A DNA stretch of 64,000 bases from Podarcis bocagei. Taxonomy: Eukaryota. Below are positions 1 to 12,711 of this stretch, one piece after another; positions within the stretch are counted from its first letter, which is position 1, and every line of letters starts with the position of its first letter. The stretch is from the NCBI GenBank assembly GCA_964188305.1, contig OZ076895.1, one strand, 5' to 3'. A program made the position numbers and the translations under genes. Below the pieces are notes generated by a model, which was not told the origin of the DNA, did not search any database, and saw only the letters and a list, made by a program, of their open reading frames with translations.

Positions 1-916
1 CTGCTTGAACATATTTCTCCAGAGCCGGCCCAATTCCCACACATTCTGGATAACCCTGATGTCTCCCAGATCCCCAGCTGGGGACTGGGAAGGATAAACA
101 CCCAGTGTCTACGCCAAGGTCTCCCTACATCTGAAACTTAATAAAGTTGTGGCCAATTTTAATCCCATGGCACGTTGTCTTGAGTCATTCCACTCAGGGG
201 TCGCCTGCAGGCAGGTTAAAACATTAGCAGGATTTTAACCACACTTGTAAAGTAATAGAATGTATGGATAATTTAGAAGGATCAAAAATTTGGGTAAGTA
301 TTGCTATGTAGTTGTAAATAATATATTTAGGACCCATGGAAGGGATGGGGGGAAGTCAGGAGATTCAGAGCAATCTCGATATTTGGATTCGTAACTGTTT
401 TTTGTTGTATGTTTATACTTTTAAAAATCAAATTAAAATATTAATTTTTTTAAAAAAGATAACAGCAGTTTTTTAACTGGGATTGTAAACTGCCTTAGGA
501 TATTTATTATGAAGGTAATAATAAATACCTTAAATAAGATGCAGTGATTCCTCAATGAGAGTAACCTCCATGGTGATTCTGAAATGGTTCTAACAACTTT
601 AGCAAAAGCCACTTGCTTCAGGAAACAGATTGCAGAGGGGTTGGTAACTTAAGTCCATGAATTTCATTGGTCTCCTCTGAGTATGACTAAATGTTAGATT
701 CCATCTACAGTTACTTATTCCTTAATTTACAGAGAAGCACTCTTTCCACGTGCCCTTTGTTCCTCTGGTTCAGTACTACAGCACTAAGCCAGCATGGAAA
801 GCTGACATATGGCTATGCCTTTGGTTTTTATTGCTATGGTAGGAAATGAAGGAAAGGGAGATAGGAAGAAACAAACCTGTTAATTATTTCTGTAATTCCT
901 TTCACTTTGATGTAAG

Positions 917-1026
917 CTTCAAAGGGGAAAATGTCAGGTGGATTCAACTCAAGCAGCATCTGTTCAGACCTTGCTGGAGAGCCTCCCGGCAACAAGCAGG
1001 AGTCAGCCGACCTTTCCAGGCATGAT
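917..1026 (+). CDS. MEI1: MEI1 penultimate coding exon (rest of gene upstream of window)
   Basis: AAG acceptor. Translates LQRGKCQVDSTQAASVQTLLESLPATSRSQPTFPGM, aligning with recalled human MEI1 [38 protein letters not shown]. Donor GTATCCTTT; phase-compatible with the next exon. Confidence 0.8.
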
Positions 1027-1267
1027 GTATCCTTTTGGCAGGATGCGTGCGAAGTTACTGGAGTAAGGTACAGGCCGCCATCTGTGTAGGTCTGAGGTTG
1101 AGACTAGACTGCCTATTTTGTGACATCCACTGGGAAGAGTATGAATATAGTTTCAAAAAGGTAAAAAGAAAACCCTGTCAAAGTGCTTTTTGCCTTTTCA
1201 TCACTTGCACTCAGACAACGTAAAGCAGTCAACATTAGATATAAAGGGCCCTAGTTTACAATAATTA

Positions 1268-1622
1268 AAGGTAAAGGTACCCCTGCCAATTCGGGCCAGT
1301 CTTGCCAGACTCTAGGGTTGTGCGCTCATCTCACTCTATAGGCCGGGAGCCAGCGCTGTCCGCAGACACTTCCGGGTCACATGGCCAGCGTGACAAGCTG
1401 CATCTGGCGAGCTAGCGCAGCACACGGAACGCCGTTTACCTTCCCGCTGGTAAGCGGTCCCTATTTATCTACTTGCACCCGGAGGTGCTTTCGAACTGCT
1501 AGGTTGGCAGGCGCTGGGACCGAACGACGGGAGCGCACCCCGCCGCGGGGATTCGAACCGCCGACCATGCGATCGGCAAGTCCTAGGCGCTGAGGTTTTA
1601 CCCACAGCGCCACCCGCGTCCC
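1268..1622 (-). mobile_element. Sauria SINE, full length, young
   Basis: tRNA-like head GGGACGCGGGTGGCGCTGTGG on - strand, ACCTTT tail, CpGs intact, 13-bp TSD TTTACAATAATTA (1255-1267 and 1623-1635). Confidence 0.9.
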
Positions 1623-1943
1623 TTTACAATAATTACTTAAGTCCTGAATAAAGTAAAAAGTCCTGTTTTGAAAAAGGCAACTCGGAAGGCATCCAAAGGC
1701 TTGCTTGTTTGCCTTCCTCATTGTTCCATTAATATTTTTCATTGTTCGTATTAGATTGCAAACAAAGCAGTGCTTAAACTAGTAATGTTTGCAATGAAGA
1801 ACAGGGAGTCGGTTTTGTGGCATTTTGCAGAATGTCCCTGGGTGCCTTCAGATTGTTACTTTTTTGCATGAGCAATTGAAGTGCATACTGGAACTTTGGG
1901 TTTGTGCAGTTTAAATGGGTTAATGGGTTCTGTTGCCTTGGCA

Positions 1944-2079
1944 CAGGCATGGCCAAACTTGGCCCTCCAGATGTTTTGGGACTACAATTCCCATCTTCCC
2001 TGACCACTGGGCCTGTTAGCTAGGGATGATGAGAGTTGTAGTCCCAAAACATCTGGAGGGCCAAGTTTGGCCATGCCTG
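1944..2079. mobile_element. ~135-bp palindromic hAT-type MITE
   Basis: Long TIRs CAGGCATGGCCAAACTTGGCCCTCCAGATGTTTTGGGACTACAA; 8-bp TSD CCTTGGCA/CCTTAGCA; several copies in the window. Confidence 0.85.
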
Positions 2080-2626
2080 CCTTAGCACAACCAAGGCGCT
2101 TGGAAAATACACAGGGAGGAACATCATGCTATGTTCAGTCAGGGCAGGCTTGTCAGCTTGCCAGATGCAACCATCCCCTCTCTCTTCACCTCGCACAGCT
2201 GTTCCAGGGGTTCTCCTAACACTCACTCCAAGCCAGGTTTATTTGGGGAGAGAAGACCTGTTGTGCAAGTGGAAGTTCTTTCTTGTGCCAGCTTCCACTT
2301 TCAGGGCTTATTAGTTGACTCTAGCCCATGCCGTTTTTTTGTGCTTTGCAAAGTTATGGGGGAAAGTATAAAATAGAATGCGGATGGGTATGGAGTGTAA
2401 ACACTCCATCAGTGTTTTCTGGACATCAAAGTACTGTGTGTATAGGATAAATTTAGATGCTGACAGTCAAAACTTCTGAGCAACTTATATTTTCTGCTCT
2501 CTTGCCAACATGTGTTCATATGGCAAATATTTCAGAGTTTTCGGGAAAAGAATAAACGAATACATTTTCTAAGCAGCGTATTATCCTTTCAACACTTTAT
2601 TCTTTCACTCAAGCCCTTGAATTCAG

Positions 2627-2672
2627 ATGTCTTGGAGGCGTGGCAGTTTCTCTCTCACATATCAGAGACTGA
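2627..2672 (+). CDS. MEI1: MEI1 last coding exon
   Basis: TTCAG acceptor. Translates (I)CLGGVAVSLSHIRD*, nearly identical to the recalled human MEI1 C-terminus CLGGVAVSLSHIRN. Synteny with CCDC134 and SREBF2. Confidence 0.9.
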
Positions 2673-2710
2673 AATGAGGAGGCAAACAATACTGAACAGA
2701 GAACATAATG

Positions 2711-2716
2711 AATAAA
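2711..2716 (+). terminator. MEI1 polyadenylation signal
   Basis: AATAAA ~40 nt after the MEI1 stop codon. Confidence 0.6.
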
Positions 2717-3131
2717 GCAACTTGCCTTTATAATTTCTTACCAGCCAAAGGCTTAAAGGAATATAATACAAGTGATTAAAGCCTACAGAAGTGATTTTGT
2801 AATCTAGTCTGTAGTTTATGTTTAAACTTGTAAATTAAAAACTTTAAATCTGTTTTTTGTCTGCCTTGGAAATGTGTTAAGCGAAGCATGCATTTCAGAG
2901 TTGTTTTTGAGCACTGATAAAGAAAAGAATTTGCAGGCACTTCTGATAAATTCCCTAAGTGCTTGACCTCAGTAAATAATCTATTTTGCTACTTTACGCA
3001 TCACCTTCTTAATATTCAGGTGCCATGAATCATTGTTTTGGTTAATGCAAAATGATACCATGTTAAGAGAAAGCTTTTGTGGATCAAGGGTTTTACTATA
3101 TCTAGCCAAATTCAGAGTCAGCACTCATTTG

Positions 3132-3137
<6 letters not shown>

Positions 3138-3169
<32 letters not shown>
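3138..3169. repeat. (CA)n microsatellite
   Basis: Direct reading. Confidence 0.95.
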
Positions 3170-3171
<2 letters not shown>

Positions 3172-3909
3172 TTGGCAATAGCAACAGTAACAGTGCTCTC
3201 AACCCTTTTGGTACAATAGCTGAACATTCTCTGAAATCTTCCCTCTAAGGGCTGATTCTCAAATGTGACTACTAGTGTTGCTCAAATTGTAGTCATTGTA
3301 GCATTTTTTAATATGTTGAAAGGATGTTCTGCCTTTCATTTAACAAAATATTATTGCCTGATGCTTCAGGAGTTATATAGGTTACCTGTATGTATAAAAT
3401 CTCTAAAACCACCATACAAAAAAGGCAGGAGTGAAACAGCCACTGCCCCATATGTTTACAATACAACCAAAGGCTTACGACCTAATCAAAGACAAGACAC
3501 ACTGCAAGGAAAGGGAGGTAATATAAAAGAAAGGATGATCAGGAGAGGCATGCCTGCTGCTAAGCGGAAGGGCACTTTCACAGCACAGAGCGGCAAGAGA
3601 AAGGCCCCAGGTGCAACTCAAAGGGTAATCTTAGGTGTAACAAAGAGACTGGTCAAGTGAAAACTAGAGAATTAGGCAGTATCAAGGAGTGAAACAATCT
3701 GAATGGCAAGTGGGAAATAGAACAGATAACAGCAGAAGAGGGCTAAGAATAGAAGCAGGAAGCCAACAAGAAAGATACAAGAGTAGTCTATCAAGGAAAT
3801 AAAATTAACCAGAATGTTGGGGGTGACTGTAGAGGAATGTGAATCCTAGCTGTACTGATCAACTGAAAATGGCGAGTTCAGCAAGAAGGACATGAATATA
3901 TAGAAGAAA

Positions 3910-4040
3910 GGCCTGTAGCTCATTGGTAGAGGATCTCCTTTGCATGCCGAAGGTCCAAGGTTCAACCTCTGGCATCTTCAGGTAGGGCTAGGAGAGACCT
4001 GTCTGAGCCCCTGGACAGCTGTTGCAAGTCAGTGCAGACA
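3910..4040 (+). mobile_element. tRNA-derived SINE (Squam3-like), degraded
   Basis: GTAGCTCATTGGTAGAG...TTTGCATG...GGTTCAA with A/B-box-like head; related pieces at ~34005-34150 (+) and ~29310-29420 (-). Confidence 0.6.
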
Positions 4041-5749
4041 AGGTTGTAAAGTCTGGTGCCCCTCATATGTTGGACTACAATTCCCATCATCCCTCACTAT
4101 TGGCTATGTTTGCTGGGGCTGAGGGGAAATGGAGTCTAGCGGCATCTGGAGGGCATCAGGTTGCTGAGTTAGATCGTCCAATGGTCTGACGACGTAAGGC
4201 AAAATTAGCATAAAAAAATATTTTGAAAAGAATCAAACAGTTATTTGTCTTCCATGCTTCTGAACTTGAGATGATCAACATTATCAAGAAGGAGAAAGTG
4301 TTTTTTTGAAAAAATAGGGGTTGATCCATTGAGAGAAGTGTATGACTACTGCAGCAGTGCACATAAATTAAAGGCCCATTGTGACAAATACAAAAAGGGG
4401 AGCATTTACACTACAAGATTTCATACTTGAATAAACTTACTTGCTGGAATGGTTGCCCCTTAATGTATTTTTACAATCCTGTCAAATCTTAATGATTTTA
4501 ATTAAATCATTTATATTTAATTGCATTTGCTTGTTTTAGATAATGTACGATTCTATAGACAAAAATCTTCACTAATTATTGGAAAAGGCCATCTTATTTT
4601 CATTATCATCTTCCCTACATTAGCACGCCAAAACAAAAGTAGCCTCAAAAAATTATGAAGTATGCCTGTAACTTCTATGCCCAAATAATTAAAATAAGCC
4701 CTGTCAAATATTCAGTAAAACTGATTATCTTGATTAATTTACTGATTAAAGAAATTACTGAGATAAGGAATTTGCATGTAGGATAACATTTCACAGTTTG
4801 ATCCAATTTTCTGCTATGTAGTTAGCACTCTGCTCAGGTTCTAAACCAATTATAAAATATGTTTATAAAAGGAATAAAGGGTTGTGTTATGTATCACTTG
4901 CGATGCCACAGGCACTAGCCCAATGGGTGCATGTAAGATGTAGCGCTGAGACATGTAATGCACAGTAATTTGAAGCACAATGGATGCATTGGAGATGAAC
5001 AAAAATGACCTAAGTGCTCTGGGAACAAGATATTGCTGGTTTGTTTCCTTGAGACAGTCAAGAAAGCTTTGAGAAAGTTACTTAGGTAAGTGTGCTAATT
5101 GCATTTTCCAAAGTGCTGGCTTTGACCTCTTAAAGTCTTACACCGCTCAAGATTCCAGTATCTCAAGGACTACCTCTCTTTGTATGAACCTACCTAAAAC
5201 CTACAATGGTCATTTGAGACCATTTTCCATGTGCAGCTCCTAGGAGTGCTCAGAGGGTGGTAGACCCGTTAGTGCAAAGCATTGCTTGCTTTTTGCATTT
5301 GGTAATAGGACATTCCTCTTCACTCAGGCAGCTGGTCTTAGCTATGATTGGGCATTGTGGTTTTGGTGCTCATCTTGTGGTTGAGTGAAACATAATCACT
5401 TCCAAGTCTCTAATTTAAAAAAGCAACAAATAAAATTTAATAATTTATTGCTCATAAGTGACTGGAAAGGCTGGAAATCCTATTCTCACTCACCTAAGGG
5501 TAAATCCCAGTGACCTCAACGTGTCTTACTTTGGGAGTAACATCCAGCAATGCACTTTTTTTTGCCTGCTGTGATCATGCAATTGTTGGGTCTTGTAAAG
5601 CGAGGCACCTCTCATGGCCCAGCCTAGCCAGATGGATATTGGTAGAAGCGTCCTTCATATTTATAACAGAGACAGAGTACCTGTGCTTGCTAATTATTAT
5701 TGCAACTGATTAAACAGCAAGCAGGTGTTCTCATTAATCACTAATTGCT

Positions 5750-7100
5750 TCCTGCGCTCACCCCGCTTCCGCGGACCAAACTTGCGCGCAGTCTAAAGAA
5801 CTCCTCTAATTGCCTTTCAATGCTGATTATGATTTACACGCTGCTTCTCCCAGTATGTGCAGTACAGTAATTGCTTCCGAAATTCTGTGTGTGGGTTTCT
5901 GGTTTTTTAAAATTCACCACCCACCATGCAAATCAGCACCTGGCATTCCCCCTATTAGTAAACGTGGCTGTTTCCCCTGCTTACAGCTCAGTAAACGTGG
6001 TGATGGGGAGAGATCTACCAGGCTGGAAGAACTACAACACAGAGGCCTCTGGGAAGCGCACGGAGGAAATGACGCGCCCGTGCAGGGCATGCTGGTTTGC
6101 TTAGCAAGCGAGGCCAGTCCGCTGGGGAAAGCTGCCGGGAAAAGGAAGAGCGGCTCCAGCGTGACAGCCTCGCCAGAGTGAGCTGCTGCTGCTGCTGCTG
6201 CTCGGGCGACTGGAGACGCCGCGTGCCCTTTTCCGGGCAATGCAGGTGAGGTTCCTTCCCAGGGGCTCGAGAGCAAGGAAGTGGGCAGCTTCCACCCCGT
6301 GCGATCCCAAGCTGGTTCTCGACGGGCGGGTTGGGTTTACCGAGCCCCAGATCGCGCTGCCTGCAAACTGCCAGGCTGGCAGCAAACTGCTCCGTAGTTC
6401 TGAGCGCCTCCGATCCTGCAAATGCAGCCGAGGGAGAAGGAGGAGGAGGAGGGCGAGAATGGAAACGCCGAAGCCCTTCGGGAGAGCCAGGCCCCGAGGA
6501 AGCGGGAGGTCCCGGGAGCCCTAGTGCATCGACCAGGGAGGGGGGCGGCGGCAGCAGGTGGCGGGGATCGGAGCGCGCGCTTGGGCGGTCCGCTGCCTGA
6601 AATCGGGAAGGAAGGACCGCGCGGCTGCGGGGAGCGAGTGCGGATCGCCCTCGCTTTCTTCGCTGCTCGCGTAGGCAGGCTGAGCGAGGCGGCCGAGAAC
6701 TTGTCTCTGCAAACTTGGGGGATCGCGCGGGGGGTTGCCGGCGTCGCGCCCTTGGGGGAGCGAGGTCCTCCGGCGTGTTAAACTAGGCTACGGAGATGTA
6801 TTTAATCACTACGTAGCTCATGCTGTCCGCTGGTGAGACGCCCCTCCCAAGAAATAGCTGCGGAATGATCATGATCGATGCCACAAAGAAAGAGGATCCT
6901 GTCACAGCAGTCATTCTAAACTAATGGAGGAAGGTGCTCTGGTCTACACCGTAGTAATGATGATTTTGGTGGTGAATTAAGGTGCAAAGCTCTCCTCCGC
7001 GCGGTGTCTGTTCGGGTCTTTTGCACTTTTCGTCTTCCCTGATCAGCAGGCCCGCATTTCGTCCAGCTTTATAAAAGGGTTCTTGAGGTCGGGTACCTAG
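5750..7100 (+). promoter_or_regulatory. CpG island / CCDC134 promoter; non-coding exon 1 ends at 6245
   Basis: High GC and CpG density; CAG|GTGAGG donor at 6245/6246; (GCT)n tract 6182-6202; ETS-CRE-like GGAAATGACG at ~6066. Confidence 0.75.
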
Positions 7101-8649
7101 TACCCATCGCATCCTGAGTCCCAGGACTAAGCAGCAAAAGGGTTTTCACCTTGATCTTGATTTTATATAGACGCACAAAATGCAAAATGAATTATTTTCT
7201 GTGTTGGTAAGAGAGAGAAAAAATATTTTGCCCGTTTTTTAGTTAGCACCACAAACTCTTCTCATGTTATCTAGTAGCTGCTATACAAGTTCAGTCCTGC
7301 AACATTTTATATATTATTTTTTGGGATTATCTGAAACAATTTTTTTAAAAAAGTTTAAGAGCTCTACACATATTTGTCACACATTCTGAAAAGCTCTGTT
7401 TGCAGATATTTGGGGAAACTGGAATAGTATGCACCTAAATTTTACTCAAGAGCTGACCCACTGAAATTAATTAACTAAGGTTCATTTTAGTGGATCTACT
7501 CTGAGTCCAAGTTAGCTGAATACCAACCCCAGTAGTTGCAAATTTAGGTTGTTGGGGGTTTTTTTTGGTCAAGTTGAGCATATAACAAACAATACCCTAG
7601 GAGGGCCTAGAATAGAAAGGCCCTGAATCTAGACATACCCTTGTTTCTCTCTGGAATCCAATACCATTTATCACAGATGCCAGAGGGGGAATATCTGGAT
7701 GTTGTTTTTGAAAGCAAGTCACTTGCATGGACAATAAGTAATAAAGGGTTGAGGTTGGTTTCGACAGCTTCGTTAGCATGCATGTTTAAAAACATATCTT
7801 TCTACAGAAGTAAATTGAGGCATGAAGAAGCTCAGTTACTACTGCCATCACTATGACAAGCTCCAAGGTTAGGGGCCTTGTTTGATACTGTGTTAGATGA
7901 TTTTGGAACATGAGGTTGCCTGCAGATTAAGTTTTTGGGGTGGATGAATCTGCAAAGCCCCTGAATCGGTTGCTGTAACTGCTGTGCTCTCTCACACACA
8001 CCTCCTTGCACTACATTAATGACTTTTCCTATGGCATATTGCATTGAACTAGTTTTTTTCCAAATTTGCCAACTTAAACCATAGTGTCTCTTTTAGTTCT
8101 CTGATAGTGACTATAGTGTGGCATTTGTTTTGATCCTGTTATTTACTTGCAATGGAGCTGGCTTCCAGGGTTTGTAGGATTGCAGCCTTAAACCCTTAAT
8201 TATACTTGTAACGCCATTAAACATTTACTTCCCATGAAATTTATGTTCAAGGCACTCTTGCTATTCTTTACTGTTGAACTTGAACGTGACCTTTGCAACT
8301 CTCTTTATTACTTGTAGGTATGTCATTTGACTCTTGAAGCCAACACCAGTGATTCCATGTGGATCCTCTTACAGATTAACTACTGGATTTACTATTATTT
8401 AGCATTTGATAATCACCCCGTAACACTGATCTCTGGACAATGTGCAACAAAAAGTTACAAAATAATAAAATACAAATAATTCAATATAAATGCAACACAT
8501 TCCCAAACTGCACAGATTGTTTATATCTAATAACCAGTACACTCAAATTGACCTTGTCACATGGAGAGCAGAAACCACCTCGTAAGAGCTAAAAACGTAA
8601 GAGCAAAGAGCAAGACAGCCCCAATGAATGTAGATGTATACTAATAATA

Positions 8650-8975
8650 TTAATTAAGAATGAGAGAATGTTGAAAGACCTGGGAGAATAGAAGTTGTTT
8701 TTCCTTGGCACTGAAAGGCCATCAACATATGTGCCAGATGCGCCTCTTCTAGGCATAGTGTTTCATAATAGGGGGCCACCACTGAGAAGGCTCTTTTCGT
8801 CATCGTAATCTTGCACACTTCCGTTTGCATTGGTGATTGTAGAAAGGCCTTCAGTAATGATCTTTGGGCATGGGCTTGTATGTATGGGAAACGGCATTCA
8901 TTTAGATCTGAAGGTTCTATGCTATGCAGAATTTCAAAGGTCAAACCCAGCTCTTTGAATTAAGCCTGGAAGCGG
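8650..8975 (-). mobile_element. L2-type LINE 3' ORF2 fragment
   Basis: - strand translation contains RAFSVVAP, typical of the L2 ORF2 C-terminus. Confidence 0.65.
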
Positions 8976-9167
8976 ATTGTCCTACCCTCTGTTGAGGAAA
9001 CTATACCTCTTACTGCCTTGTTATATTTGCCTCCACTCTTTATTCTTTTCTGCTTCATGTCTTGTCTACATGGCTGCACAACGAATGGAACTTGCTTCTG
9101 ACACTGAGCTTCTTCATCTGGTGCTACTTTGATTACATATTATAAGAACGCAGTATTATAAGAGAAG

Positions 9168-9277
9168 AATGTTTTGGACTACAATTCCCATCATCCCTGA
9201 CCACTGGTCATGTTAGCTAGGGATCATGGGAGTTGTAGGCCAAAACATCTGGAGGGCCTCAGGTTGGCGATGCCTGC
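9168..9277. mobile_element. hAT MITE copy (same family as 1944-2079), partial
   Basis: Same internal sequence, one TIR retained. Confidence 0.75.
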
Positions 9278-11236
9278 CTTATCCCAATCTCTAGACTAAG
9301 GCTGTGGTCTAATAAACACTCACCTAGGAATAAGTCCCATTCAAACTCAATGGAGATTACTTATGAGAAGACATATACAAGATTGCAATGTGATAATGAT
9401 GTATTCACCTTCCTGCCTATTTTGGGCAGTATATCCAGGGATATCCAGTACTGTGGGCTCAGTCTTTTCTTAGACTGTTGCTCTCATCAGCCAGAGCCAG
9501 CACAGCCAAAGGTGAATTATGATGGGGACTGGAGCCCAACAATATTTGGAGGGCATCATATTAGTTACCCTTCATGTAGCTAAGCCCTTTGGAGGGTTTT
9601 TGTTTTGCTCTTTGGCTTTTGTGTGTAGGTGCATCTGCCATGTTGCTAATATGCTTATGATATGATATGATATTATATTCTGCCTCTCATCCTGGATATG
9701 TGGTATGCTGCTAATATAGAATAGCATGCCTGGATCCTACCAGTGGTTGCCTGCTGAATACTGCAGAAAGAAGCAGAAGCCAAAGTGATTTTTTTACAGT
9801 GCTTCAGTTTAATGTTTGCAAATGACAAGATATTTTGTTACAGATATGATTCTGGATTTGCTCCAGTGAATGAATTCTCAGACATATTTTTCAGTGTGTG
9901 AAGCAGATTGTTCTTATAAAACATGCTGCTGCTTCTGTAGTGGATATTAAATCTTGTATACAATTGCTGTGTCTTGATCTCCTCCTCACATATATTCCCC
10001 TCCCAGGGCACCCTTTCCAGATCTGCAAGGAACACTGAGCATTTAATGCACCCCAAAAGGATACCCCCATGGTGCTCATCTTTGCTTCTCTTGTGTTCTT
10101 TGCATTTGTGTTGGGAAAGGAGGCTGCAAAAGATAAGGGCACTTGATGGTGCTTTCTCAAATCCTTCGTAACCTATATTCTGACAGGTTTATGTCCTACT
10201 TTTGTGTTGCTCATCGCTTCCTAATTGATAGAATAGCAGTGTGCAGATGACAGTCCGATAGCTGAGCTTTTGAGAATGCCCCGGGGATAAACGCAAATAA
10301 ATTGGATGTTTACCCTCTGAGAACTAGGAAGCGGTGACTCTTCTCTCCTCCACCCCCAGATTGTTGAAATAGAAGCTTTTCTCTTCTAGCTCTGCCCAAC
10401 CCAACTTGTAAAAGGTTCTGTGGAAACCTTCAGGTGCACAGAGTGCCCCGCAAATTCTTAATTTATCTTCAGAACAACTCTTTGCTATCATTTTTTAGCC
10501 TCAGAGAAAGTGCTTATGCCCAAGGCTGCCCAATAAGCTTCATGGCGAAGTGGGCATTTGAACCTATATCTCCCCAGATCCAAACCTGGTAGGGGTTGCT
10601 GAGTCAATCTCCACCTGAGATCCAGCTTGCCTCCTGGGAAAACCTCAGCAGTGCCAAGAGAGCCTCTGCTGCTCCACAAGTTACTTTGAGCATCAGGTCG
10701 CCTGCCTGCTGCAGCAAATGGAATTCTAGTATTGTCCTGCAGTGCACAGGAGAAGCGAGTAGGCGAAGACATGGATTGCAGCAGGGAGCTTAGGTGGGAG
10801 GCATAATGGCCACCAGAACTTGCTAATGCTGGCTTTTGAGCTTTCAAAATGAAGGTGTATAAGCCTTATAAAACATTGGCATGGCCTAGCCTTAGCACAA
10901 TACATAGCCTTAATATTTAGGTTGCTGGGTTCAGACTTGTCCCACTGAATAGGGCGGGACTCAGTTCTGAGTAAATATTCATAGGATCATGATTAACAGT
11001 CAGGATTCTGAAGCACTGTTTGCATTGCGCGATGGAAATTGCGAACGCCAAGCAAAGCAAATAGACTTGAATATCTCGTTCATTGTTCCTGGCATCCTTG
11101 ATGGCATCTTGTTCATTGTGCAGGCAGAACTTGAAGAGGTCAATTGAACAAAAGGTTTTTTGGCTAAGATGCTGAATGGAGAGGTCTAGTACCTGATGGT
11201 TGCCCATTTTGTCAGTTTTGTATGAACATGTACACT

Positions 11237-11425
11237 GGTAAACAGCATTTCCATGCGCTGCTCTGGTTCGCCAGAAGCGGCTTAGTCATGCTGGCCACAT
11301 GACCCGGAAAAACTGTCTGCGGACAAACACTGGCTCCCTCAGCCTATAGAGCGAGATGTGCGCGCAACCCCAGAGTTGTCCGCGACTGGACCTAATGGTC
11401 AGCGGTACCTTTACCTTTTACCTTG
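11237..11425 (+). mobile_element. 5'-truncated Sauria SINE inside the SPIDR-like frame
   Basis: GCTGGCCACATGACCCGGAA core and ACCTTT tail; short ACACT duplication at the flanks. Confidence 0.85.
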
Positions 11426-12711
11426 TATTACACACTTGAATCCATTACAGTCAGAGGAATTATTGGAATGCTTAAGATTTAAACACATATGCATTTTCTC
11501 CGCAACATTTGGGTCAATGCATGATGACACTGGGCTGGTAATTCAATTTTCTGCTCTTAATGATGCAGCTATAGTTCACCTGCCTCCTTTAAAAGTATTT
11601 TCAGTTCTTCTTAAGAAGTTTAAATTATATTGGAATTAGGTTTTATTCTCCTTTATTTGTTAAAACCGGCTAAGAGAAGCCAATGTTCTTGGAGGAGCCC
11701 CCCTTCTGCCGCCGTCCCTGTATGTGGAATTACGAGAAGTGGAAAAAAGGAAAAGGCTTTATTGGAGCAGGGTTATATATAAATGTTGAAAGCTTCAAGA
11801 TGAAAGGCTGGTGTGTCTTTCTCTTTCAGCCCTGTTTTATTTTGTACGGATAATGGTTAGGAAGCCATAGGAAAATTGGTGAACCAGAAAGCCTGGCAGC
11901 AAACTGCAATTCCTCTAACCCTCCAATTAAGAGCAGCAAGCTGCTCTGATTTCCATTAGCCCCTCTCGTGGAGCGGGTCTAACTTCTCTGTATGTAGTCA
12001 TTTGCTGTCTTGTTAGCTGAGGCAGGACTGAGCATGGCTCTCTAGTGGAATATTTATGTGTCACATTTAACCTGTGCTGCAGAGTAAAGATGATATAGTG
12101 GTGGTTGTGGTGGTCGAAGTAGTACTGTCAATTGCCACCACTTCATTTTCCTCATGGTTTAAGTCTTGGCAGATATCTTCTATTATATCACCTTTCCTTC
12201 TGTCTCATGGAAGCTACTGGTGGCATGTACATCTGTCGCTGTATACAACATTTTCAGTTTCTGCTGTCATAAAGGAAAATAGCCCTGCTGGTAAATGCCA
12301 CAGTCCCACCCCAAATTCGAAAGGTATCTGATCAACATCAGCTTTGCACAGATAACATGACTGGAAAATATCTGTGAATGGGCCGCAGCTGTGCTGTGAT
12401 AGACTGAAATAGGTTGGATTTCTGAAACAGAAGTACTGAACCAAAGTAAATATCGGGGTGTGGGGAGAGCAGAAAAGGAAATAGCAATCAGTAATCATAA
12501 CATCTGGAAAACAAAACTGGATAACAAAAACATTTTAAGAGCTTGCTTCCTTGGAACCAAGTCCTTTTGTGTTCAGTAGCCCTTGCTCCTGGGAAAGTAT
12601 TTATAGGAGTGCACTTTCTATTATTTTCTGTTAGTTGAATAATTGTATGACTTCAATTGTTGATTTTTTATTTTTATTTTGGTATTGCATCTTACTGTAT
12701 TCTGTATATAC

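Noticed and set aside
1-222. Possible LTR 3' end (AATAAA at ~140, ending CA)
   Set aside because: Truncated by the window edge; no partner LTR or TSD visible.
1831-1879. Alternative MEI1 last exon (MSLGAFRLLLFCMSN*)
   Set aside because: The exon at 2627-2672 matches the MEI1 C-terminus almost exactly.
3910-3985. tRNA-Ala-like sequence
   Set aside because: Degenerate stems and continues into a SINE body, so it is a SINE head rather than a tRNA gene.
5810-6781. Many overlapping ORFs at the CCDC134 promoter
   Set aside because: GC-rich island artefact; no recognisable protein.
11718-12423. Strong-looking - strand acceptors at 11718 and 12422 as exon boundaries
   Set aside because: SPIDR-like similarity appears to run through both, so they are probably coincidental pyrimidine tracts.
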